A stretch of DNA of 63,964 nucleotides, counting the filler, from Stramenopiles sp. TOSAG23-3 (Eukaryota), in NCBI GenBank assembly GCA_900128585.1. It is 4 parts of 4 records of this genome, joined end to end, with 100 filler letters (N's around TTAATTAATTAA, not from the genome) between each part and the next. Parts side by side here need not be neighbours in the genome. Positions count along the whole stretch, not along the records: positions 1 to 29,746 come from LT642233.1; 3 more parts are not named here. One strand, written 5' to 3'. The stretch's first letter is position 1. The number at the start of each line of letters is the position of its first letter. This document shows positions 9,437 through 17,959 of this stretch, piece by piece. Both the position numbers and the translations under genes were made by a program. The notes under the pieces were generated by a model that did no database searches, was not told where the DNA came from, and was given only the letters and a program-made list of their open reading frames with translations.

Positions 9437-11299
9437 TTACTTTTTATTCCAAATGCCAGCTTCGTCAATCGCGCTTCTTAATGCGAAGTTAGGTATCAAG
9501 TGCTTCGAAGGTAATTTTGCCCCTGTCAATGGGCTCGTATCGTGGTCTGCAAGCCATTTTTGAATAGCTTCTTTTTCGTAAGTGTGGCCATCCATGCATG
9601 TAACCGGATCATTCATTATATCTTGGGTAATTGGACAAATAAAAGCCTGCAACTCCTTTGAGATTTTAGGAGATAAGGGTTTCTTCTTTTCTACGTTTTG
9701 GACCGGGGAATCGTCTTCTCCCCTACGCTCACAAACTTCATAAAAGGCCTTGAATCTACTTTCTAAATCGTCTGCAACTTCATCGCTTTGCAACGCGTCA
9801 CGAAAGTTTTCGCTCAGTTTATTTCGCTCCGTCACAACGCCTCGCATTTTATTTGCGGTCGCGGTCGCGGCTTCTTTTTCTGAGCAATCCAAATCTGTCT
9901 GCTCCTCCTGCGCAGCTAGCGAGGTCTCTTGGTGACTCGCGTCCGCTTCGGCGTCTGACTTTTCCTCCATTGGCGCTTCGGTTATGGGGATATACTCCTG
10001 TCCACCTACCACAACAACTATGTCCTCTTCGCTATCTCTCCTGCCTGCTTGCTCTGCTGCACTTTTGCTATTTTCCTCATCGTATTTCTCTTGGAGCTTG
10101 CGGGCCAATTCCTCGTCTGTACCACTCCAATTGCCCTCGTCGCATTTTTCTTCATAAGATTCCGTAGCTGGGGCACCGGCTTCATGCTCCTCCTCTCTAT
10201 CGTCCTCGCCTTGACTGTAGTATCCAACTGCGTCTTCCCCTATCCACCGCAACAGGAATTTTCCAACAACACGGGTCGCTGCACAATCTATTGCATTTGC
10301 ACGATCAGAATTTTTTCGCTTTGCATCGGCCCCATTTTCGAGCAGCAATCTGCACACACCTAAATGCCCGTTGTTCGCCGCCACCATCAGTGCTGTCGTG
10401 CCACGATTATTCGCTGACTCCACGCATATTGCCCTTTGCAAAAGTGATCTGCATACAGTCACATAGCCCCTTTTTGCAGCAAAAGACAAAGCGTTTGCCC
10501 CGTTTGAATTCTGAAGAGAAACGTCTGCATGCTGATCATCGAGAAAAAACTTTACACACTCTTGGTTGGCACTGTCAATAGCTGCCATCAGCGCAGTTAT
10601 ACCAGTAGAACTTTGAGAGTTCACGTTTGCCCCGTGCATTGTCAGCAGACGGCAAGTTTCTGTTTTTCCCTCTGCGGCAGCAATAATAAGAGCTGATCTG
10701 CCGTACTGATCCTCTTTACCGATTTCCGCATCTCCTTGCTCAATCAGCAGCTCGCACACGCGCGTGTGCCCCCCCCGTGCTGCTGCCATCAACGGGGTCA
10801 TCCCACTGTGCGTCCGCGCGTCGACGCACGCCTGAGCGTTCAACAACAAACGGCAAAGGTCTATTCGACCTATGCTTGAGGCAAGATAAAGCACTGTTCT
10901 CCCCGACCCTTCCCTAATTTCTGTGTTTGCGCCTTTTCCTAACAGATTCATAGTGATATCGGAGTGTCCTGCTAATATAGACACCATCAAAGCATTCTTA
11001 TGTTTGTCGTTTTGAATATCAATGCTGCATTCAGCTTCCAAAAGCATGGTGCATATGTGGTTGTGCCCCTGGTGGGCAGCCTGCATTAACGCTGTCGTTC
11101 CGCGCTCGCTTGTCAGATTCACAGGTACTGCGTAATCAAGCAGTACTTGTAAAATATGTTCATTGCCACTTTTTGCAGCTATCAGCAAGGCGTCTCGTTG
11201 CTCAGCCAATGACGGTGTTCCATGTTCCAATATTTTTTCAACAGCTTCGTGGTCACCCGCCTTCGACAAATGCGACAAACGTGGATCAATCGTGCACAT
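9437..11299 (-). CDS. Ankyrin-repeat + U-box E3 ubiquitin ligase with an MIU-like ubiquitin-binding motif
   Basis: About ten ankyrin repeats (GTTALMQAA, GMTPLMAAA), DEELARKLQEKYDEE, and the U-box FICPITQDIMNDPVTCMDGHTYEKEAIQKWL...TSPLTG...LIPNFALRSAI. First ATG is at 11299 (the ORF track starts at TTG 11338). Confidence 0.93.
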   Translation of the reverse strand: MCTIDPRLSHLSKAGDHEAVEKILEHGTPSLAEQRDALLIAAKSGNEHILQVLLDYAVPVNLTSERGTTALMQAAHQGHNHICTMLLEAECSIDIQNDKHKNALMVSILAGHSDITMNLLGKGANTEIREGSGRTVLYLASSIGRIDLCRLLLNAQACVDARTHSGMTPLMAAARGGHTRVCELLIEQGDAEIGKEDQYGRSALIIAAAEGKTETCRLLTMHGANVNSQSSTGITALMAAIDSANQECVKFFLDDQHADVSLQNSNGANALSFAAKRGYVTVCRSLLQRAICVESANNRGTTALMVAANNGHLGVCRLLLENGADAKRKNSDRANAIDCAATRVVGKFLLRWIGEDAVGYYSQGEDDREEEHEAGAPATESYEEKCDEGNWSGTDEELARKLQEKYDEENSKSAAEQAGRRDSEEDIVVVVGGQEYIPITEAPMEEKSDAEADASHQETSLAAQEEQTDLDCSEKEAATATANKMRGVVTERNKLSENFRDALQSDEVADDLESRFKAFYEVCERRGEDDSPVQNVEKKKPLSPKISKELQAFICPITQDIMNDPVTCMDGHTYEKEAIQKWLADHDTSPLTGAKLPSKHLIPNFALRSAIDEAGIWNKK

Positions 11300-11971
11300 C
11301 TTCTTACGGAATACCGGCGACAACGCAACGGACTGCAAATTCCAAACTACAGATAAAAATGTCTTAGCACAACAATTGGGGTTTCAATCTTGTAAGGAAG
11401 AAGAGAAAATACAGCTAAAAAAATCCTACTTAAAATTCTCTTCTTCTTGTCGCAACAAACTAAAATCGACATTATTATTTTCGCTCAATATCTCATCATA
11501 TTTATTTTATTTATTATTTTCATTCAACAATAATAAAATAATAAAAAAATATTAATAATAAAAATTCCTCCCTTCCTCCCCCTCTGTTCCTGTTGTTCAT
11601 TTGTTCATTTTTTATTTTTTTTGATTATTATTAATTATTTTAGTTTAATAATGACCTTGTGTTGGTGGTGGGAGTAAGAAAACAAAAAAGACTTCTTTTC
11701 TCATCATTTTCCGCCTCATTTCAATGATGTGACAATATTAAAAGTCATGACTCAAATTGACCAAATAATTCTTCTTTGCTTTCTTTGTAACGTCTTCTTT
11801 TTTGTTGTGTGGAACCTCCAAATATACGAGACTATATATATTGCCTGTAAAATAGTTAGTAATAATCTGTACTTAATAAATTATTTAGTATATGGTAGTT
11901 TCACGTCGAGCATTTAAAAATGAAAAAAGAACTTCGTGTTATTTATTAGACGACGAAGTTTTTAAATTAGA

Positions 11972-13393
11972 CTACATATCCTCCACTAAATTTTTGTCTG
12001 GGTTTTCCGCAAATTGTTCCCCAGTTGCAAGTTTGTTAAGCCAGACTGTGGCAAAATTCTCTGGGTACGATGATTTACCAAAGTATTTTGTAATCGGTTG
12101 ACCTCTGTACTTTGCTGTTACTCCTCCTAACACTGCGTCAACGATTTCGAAACTAAACTCGTCGGTGTCTGGCACGGATCTAATCGCTACGTCCGGGGTT
12201 AGCATAATCCCGGACATCGCTTCGTAAGGTTCTAATTTTTTCTGTACTTCGAACAATGTGATGACACCGTCTTGTTCCGTTCCTGTTTCCGACCCAAAGT
12301 AAAAAACATCATCGAAAAGAGTCAGCATAAATACGCCGCCGCCCAGCGGAGCTGTTCCGATTTGTGTCACTTGTTCCACAACAAAGTCAGAGCAATCTCT
12401 CGACACCAATTTTTGCTTCTCAATGAAACTATAAGGCACACATTTCCAAACACGCCACAATTCTCTTCCATTTATCCCATCGCCTGCAGAGAAGTAAAGT
12501 TTATCCCAATACCATGTGAAGCCTGATGGCATGCTGCTACCGGGCCCAATGCTTATATCTTGGGTTAACTTTGTGATGTTTCCACCTACCTGCGTTATTC
12601 CCGCCTCTAAATCTTCGTCTAGCCCGTTCGTTTCCCAAAGCTCAATTCCATAATCAGTTATATTTATCCTTTTTTCTAGCGAGTCAAGATTTTGGTGGTT
12701 ACTAATGTTAACGGGAAAACCTTGCTCGTTTAAATAGGTTATGACAGTTTTTGTATTGTTCGCCGCAAAATACATCTTGTACTCAACCCTGGGGTCTGAG
12801 GTAGTACCATCACCAGCCTTCACAAGTACCCCAAAATCGTGCGGATCCGACCCTAATTCCCCAGGGAAAATGTCTGTCTTCATCTCAGTGACTCTTGTGG
12901 TGACGTTGCCGGAGGTATACGTATAGTGATGCCACAGCTCGCGGCCATGGGTGCAGTCGTCCGCGCTGAAATACATCCGCCCATTGAAAAAAGTAAAGTC
13001 ACGAGGATTTGAACTTCCCGAGCCCGGGCAAATGTCTATTACCATCTTTGTGCCACTGGGGGTGCCATCGGTACTCCAAAGCTCTACGCCTAGGTCGGTC
13101 TCTGCAGTAAAATACAACGTAGTGTTACACTCAAAAAAGTATGAGGGTGTGCTGCTCTTAGTCCCATTATAAATGTCCTTCAACAGCCAAGTTCCTGAAG
13201 AGGTGCCGTCTGATCGCCACATCTCGATTCCGAACCTAGGAGTGTCCGCTTGAAAGTAAAATATTCCATTAACTCCAAGCGACCTTTGGGGAACATGTTC
13301 CAGCAAGTACCCATCCACTTTGCAAAACACTGTACAAACAAAAACTGCAACTACCCAAACGCATATTCTCAAGTCTGTGTGTGAGGACGACAT
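11972..13393 (-). CDS. Secreted ELWxxDGT-repeat (beta-propeller) protein
   Basis: Repeats GIEMWRSDGTSSGTWLLKDIYNG, GVELWSTDGTPSGTKMVIDICPG, FSADDCTHGRELW, GIELWETNG and FSAGDGINGRELW. A hydrophobic signal peptide follows Met at 13393. Confidence 0.85.
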   Translation of the reverse strand: MSSSHTDLRICVWVVAVFVCTVFCKVDGYLLEHVPQRSLGVNGIFYFQADTPRFGIEMWRSDGTSSGTWLLKDIYNGTKSSTPSYFFECNTTLYFTAETDLGVELWSTDGTPSGTKMVIDICPGSGSSNPRDFTFFNGRMYFSADDCTHGRELWHHYTYTSGNVTTRVTEMKTDIFPGELGSDPHDFGVLVKAGDGTTSDPRVEYKMYFAANNTKTVITYLNEQGFPVNISNHQNLDSLEKRINITDYGIELWETNGLDEDLEAGITQVGGNITKLTQDISIGPGSSMPSGFTWYWDKLYFSAGDGINGRELWRVWKCVPYSFIEKQKLVSRDCSDFVVEQVTQIGTAPLGGGVFMLTLFDDVFYFGSETGTEQDGVITLFEVQKKLEPYEAMSGIMLTPDVAIRSVPDTDEFSFEIVDAVLGGVTAKYRGQPITKYFGKSSYPENFATVWLNKLATGEQFAENPDKNLVEDM

Positions 13394-13909
13394 TCTTTCT
13401 TCGAACAAAAACATGTGCCCTTTCAAACATTCAAAAGCCTGGCAAAGAAATAAACAAAAAATTAAATGAGGGTTTCGTTTCAAACATTGTTCAAAACTTT
13501 TATCAGTCCATGTAAAACAATGTGCGTGTCAATAATTGCAAGTAAGTTGGAAATTCAGATTTAGTCTCATCATCATTATTATTATTAGACGACTTTTTTT
13601 CTTCTTTCTTCTTCTTTGGGGCACTTGGTACCGGTATTAATAGTCTATTAATACCGTATCTCCTCCTCCAGCAGTTGTTTTGCTGTTAATAGAACCACTA
13701 TTGATAGTATACTACACAGCATGGGGGGAGGATTTAATGTTCTCTTTGTGCAGGTGGTTAATTATTTCCTGTACTATTACAATGTTATAATAATTTTTAT
13801 TGCTTGTCGTCGATACATAGCTCTACAGAGTCTTCTAAAAAAAAGGAAATACAGAAAGATGAAACTCCCTCTTTTACGAGGAGGACTGTGGTGTGGTGGT
13901 GTGGTGCTT

Positions 13910-14020
13910 TGAAGAAGAAGAAGGAAGAAGAAGAGACAAAAAGAAGAAAGAAGAAGAAGAAGAACAACAACAACAACAACGAAGAAAGAAGAAGAAAGAA
14001 GAAGAAGAAAGAAGAACGGA
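13910..14020. repeat. (GAA)n/(CAA)n microsatellite tract
   Basis: Visible imperfect GAA and CAA runs. Confidence 0.9.
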
Positions 14021-14293
14021 AAAAAATAATAGAGAATAATATACAGCTGTAATAATAAAATAATAATAAAATAATTTAACAAAAAAGATACGCACATCCA
14101 TTTCCAATAATAATATACTAAAAAAAATGAGATTAATTGTGGGAAGTATAATATTTACAATTATATAGATAAACTATAACGTGACAGAAGTAATTTTTAG
14201 AGAAGTTAAAAATAATATGGAAAATAAAGATTCGTTTAATTTGAAGTAATTTGTTGAAGGAAGAAAAAAAGTGTATAAATAATAGGGAGGTAT

Positions 14294-15220
14294 ATGATGG
14301 TAGAACTGTCTCCAAAAGTAATTGCTTTCATCTTGGGTTGTGTCTTGGTAGTCACAACTACCCAGTACTTCTTTGATACGTCGTGGTCCTCGTCGAAGGG
14401 GAATAGTCCTACGAATGCGTCAAATTATTACGGGGAACCAAATGCTGAGTTCGATTGGTGCGAAGAAAATTACGAAATTTCGGAGTACGTTGCAGAGTTT
14501 GTAAACACAGTTACCGGTTTCCTCTATTTCTTGCCGACCATTTTCGGATTTATGTTTCACAAGAAACTTTCGCTGAGTTCAAAACTGTTGCTTTTTTTTG
14601 TTTCTTGTATTGGATTTGGAACAGTGCTTTTCCATGGCTCGTTGCAGTATAAGGCTCAGCTAATTGATGAGTTGCCGATTTACTACGTGATTCTTGCAGG
14701 GAATTTTATGCTGTGGTACCGTGGGCGAAAGGGGGATAGGACCTCCGCATATTGCTTATGCTTGTGGGCGGGAGGCTTGTCTGCCATTCTCCTGTTTACT
14801 AACCGTACAAATTACTTGCACACGGTAGGTCGGGGTATTATGTCGTGCTCGTTTAGTTTAATGTTCGGCTATATTTTCTCGGCCGCTGCTGCTGCACTGA
14901 ACGAAATTGCTTCTGTCAAAAACCAAGGCTGCGCTCAAAGTGGGAAAGACTTGTTTCACCTTGCCTTTTTTGAATTTGTTGCCGCAATATTCTGCTGGAT
15001 CTTCGACAACTCCGCATGTGCAATCGTCCAACGCAACCCATTTTATCCAATAACAGCACATGCACTGTGGCATCTGCTTACCTCTATTGGGCTCTACAAG
15101 ATGTTTCTAGTTTTGGAGTTTATACATATTAACAGCCAAGAAGAAGCTGCGAATCCATCCGAAATAAAATGGATATGTGGAAATTTCTTGCCCATCTTGA
15201 AAAGCGAGAAGCAAGACTGA
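14294..15220 (+). CDS. Alkaline ceramidase (ACER/YPC1, CREST superfamily)
   Basis: DWCEENY, AEFVNTVT, GFGTVLFHGSLQYKAQLIDELPIYY and HALWH motifs, with multiple TM helices. Confidence 0.92.
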   Translation: MMVELSPKVIAFILGCVLVVTTTQYFFDTSWSSSKGNSPTNASNYYGEPNAEFDWCEENYEISEYVAEFVNTVTGFLYFLPTIFGFMFHKKLSLSSKLLLFFVSCIGFGTVLFHGSLQYKAQLIDELPIYYVILAGNFMLWYRGRKGDRTSAYCLCLWAGGLSAILLFTNRTNYLHTVGRGIMSCSFSLMFGYIFSAAAAALNEIASVKNQGCAQSGKDLFHLAFFEFVAAIFCWIFDNSACAIVQRNPFYPITAHALWHLLTSIGLYKMFLVLEFIHINSQEEAANPSEIKWICGNFLPILKSEKQD

Positions 15221-15552
15221 AATATGTGTCGGTACACATTATTCCAATAATCTTTTGCAGGGAAATGAATTAGAAGCAGCTGAAGGGGAAAAGGCGGGCG
15301 CGCAATTTGAAATTAATTACTATAAAAATCAAAATATTTGAAAATTACCTCTCTTATGAGTATGATTCAGAGTGTCTTTTTTACTTTTTTGAAAGATTGA
15401 AAAATTCAAAAATTGTTTTCACCTCTCTCTTTTTTTTTAAATAATATTATCCTTGAGAAGTGGTTTAACATCAAATTGATGAATACCAGAAGTCTTATTC
15501 TGGAACAAGGAGGAGTTTGGGTTCTTGAACGGTTTTACCTTCTTTTTTCTTT

Positions 15553-15572
15553 NNNNNNNNNNNNNNNNNNNN
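15553..15572. other. Scaffold gap (20 N)
   Basis: Run of N. Confidence 1.
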
Positions 15573-15697
15573 TAAACAAATTATAAAAAAAACAAATTAT
15601 CATACTCTAACAAATTATATAATGTATGCTTATATTCAAAATGTATATATCTCTATTAGAGTCTTAAAGCATACTTTAATATAAATAATAGCTTTTT

Positions 15698-17395
15698 TTA
15701 ATATATCTCTGTCCGTTTCGATTTGGGCTTCTTTTTTTCTGCGGCGGTGGTATCCTTCCACAACCTCGTTGCTGCAGTGGATCGCATGTAACTTGGAACC
15801 GGCTTGTCATTTCGAGGCTCAGGTTTTCGTTGTACTAGTTTTGATTTGAATGGGTTGGGTTTTTCGTTTCGCTTATTTACGGTTCGCCTCTTTCGGGGAT
15901 TTCTTTTTTTTGGTTGGCTGACTTCGGATTTCCTTGGTTTTGTTTCGGCTGAGTCCCTATTTGCAGCAGCATATGACTGGCGAGGTGAACGGTTCTCAGA
16001 TTGTTCGGTCCGTTTCGCATTGGAGTAGTGGCTGAGGACGTCTTCTTGCGGGTCAACCTTCTGTCCCGCAAACATGTTGTTTGCATTGATATTTATATCA
16101 ATGTTGAACGCATCATTGTCATCTGGCAAAGCGCTCCTGTACGGTGCTATTACACCGTGGTGAGGAGACAATGCATTCGAGTAAGAAGGCGGCTGGGGAT
16201 TCTGTTGGTAGTTCTGCTCGTAGCCATGCAACATTGGCTGTTGATGATGTTGTTGATTTTGCATCACATAGTCCTGAGAATTTTCCTGGCTCGAGTAGTC
16301 TCCATAATTGTACTGAACGTGCGGAACACCATTAAAGTCTACATTTACCGATGCAGTTACTTGTTGGTTATTAGGGTAGAACTGCTGCTGTGGCATGCCC
16401 TGCATGTTTGGTCCAGACCCGTACATGCCCCTATGCATGTCTAGAGCCGGCTGGCTTTGCTGCCCTTGCTGAACCTCCAACCACGGTTGCAAAAAGTTCT
16501 GTGGCACAAACTTGTTGTTGCCATTGTCGTGAAAGTTTTGCTGCTGGTGGTGTGCGTCTACCTTGCGGTGCAGAGACGGCGCAAACCTAGCGTTTTTTTC
16601 TGCCGACTTGATCAAATCTGCTTTTCTTTGTTCCCATGATTGCACGTGTTTCGAAAGTGGCGAGTTTGGGGAGGAAAATTTGAACGCCAGCTCCTCCTCA
16701 TGCTCCGCCCATATGTACGATTTCTCGTCTTGAGACTTTTTAGGCTCGTTTCTTGGAGTTGAAATAGGGCTTGGTGGCCTAAAGCGCGGGCTTTCTAAGG
16801 CATGCACCGGTCGGGGCGATCGTGGGGATGATTCTAAATTTTCAATCTTCCCAGGGCGTTTTCTTCGCTCCCTGGACTGCTGCAAAAAATTGTTTGCGGA
16901 CGGCTTTCCAGCCTTCGCCCTTGCAAAAGCACTCCCGTTTTTGCATTTCAACCGCGCCACGTCGGTATCATAGCCTTCGTCCACCTGCCGCTGATTCATT
17001 TGCCAGTAGCCCATCATCCATTGCCAAAACTTCAAATTTTCGACCTTTTTGCCTTTTGCCAATGCTTCAACCGGGACGTTTTGCTTGATGTTTGCTTTGT
17101 TAAACGCCCTGTTCAATATTGAATAGTTATTCATCAGTTCATAATCATTTTTGGCAGTCCAATTAACTTTCTTCCAGTCGGCTCCAAAAGCCGACGGGTG
17201 AAGCATGTGACAAAGCTGGCAGTGTGCCGCACCATTGCAAGCATCGGTCAGTGAAGAGAAGGAGGTGTTCAGCGTTCGGTTTATCCACAGAAGAATGACT
17301 TTATTGGTAGCCCGAAAGGCGGGATCCGAGCCGCCTATGGTACCATTTCTCGAAGAACGGATTCTCCCTTGTTTCCTATTCGAAAATGCGCTCAT
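15698..17395 (-). CDS. EB1/RP-type calponin-homology domain protein with a long disordered Q/N-rich tail (microtubule-associated)
   Basis: ILLWINRTL...CNGAAHCQLCHMLHP...KKVNWTAKNDYELMNNYSIL...VPVEALAKGKKVENLKFWQWM matches the EB1 CH domain; VPSYMRSTAA lies near the C-terminus. First ATG is at 17395. Confidence 0.82.
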   Translation of the reverse strand: MSAFSNRKQGRIRSSRNGTIGGSDPAFRATNKVILLWINRTLNTSFSSLTDACNGAAHCQLCHMLHPSAFGADWKKVNWTAKNDYELMNNYSILNRAFNKANIKQNVPVEALAKGKKVENLKFWQWMMGYWQMNQRQVDEGYDTDVARLKCKNGSAFARAKAGKPSANNFLQQSRERRKRPGKIENLESSPRSPRPVHALESPRFRPPSPISTPRNEPKKSQDEKSYIWAEHEEELAFKFSSPNSPLSKHVQSWEQRKADLIKSAEKNARFAPSLHRKVDAHHQQQNFHDNGNNKFVPQNFLQPWLEVQQGQQSQPALDMHRGMYGSGPNMQGMPQQQFYPNNQQVTASVNVDFNGVPHVQYNYGDYSSQENSQDYVMQNQQHHQQPMLHGYEQNYQQNPQPPSYSNALSPHHGVIAPYRSALPDDNDAFNIDININANNMFAGQKVDPQEDVLSHYSNAKRTEQSENRSPRQSYAAANRDSAETKPRKSEVSQPKKRNPRKRRTVNKRNEKPNPFKSKLVQRKPEPRNDKPVPSYMRSTAATRLWKDTTAAEKKKPKSKRTEIY

Positions 17396-17959
17396 AACTA
17401 ATGTAACCAATGCCCGCAATCAGAACGATTTCAATCGTAATGCAACCGAGAAAGTGAGAAATAATTTTCTTGCGCTTGATCTAGTCAAACCAGATATATT
17501 CGAACCTTCCGATACAATGCTGTTCTGGAATTAAAACTATGAAACGAATTCAATCCTTATACAGGACACGATCAGGTATGGTAACGCTAAATAAACTGAA
17601 TGGAATGAGCGTACGTACGTTACGGTACACAGTGTTGAGATGTATATTATAAATATAAAATATGCAATATGAAGTATTCACAATGGCGTTTCATCATCAT
17701 CATCAGAGTGGGGATAATAGGCTCCTTGCCTCCTTGTTGTTGTATTTCACTTTATTTGTGAGGTAATTGTGCCATAAATGATTTTATTCTTTCTTACTTT
17801 TCTTTCCCGTCAAAATTAATGAACAGAGAAAGCGAATGTATACGATTCGGATTGGGAATACACAATATCGAACGAAATTTTAGTAGTACTTCTTTTCAAA
17901 CGCATTTGATGACACACAATTGAGGTCAGAAAAATACACAGTTCTGAGCACGACCCGAG

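Noticed and set aside
13721-14107. Poly-F/K/L ORFs
   Set aside because: Translations of GAA/TTC microsatellites.
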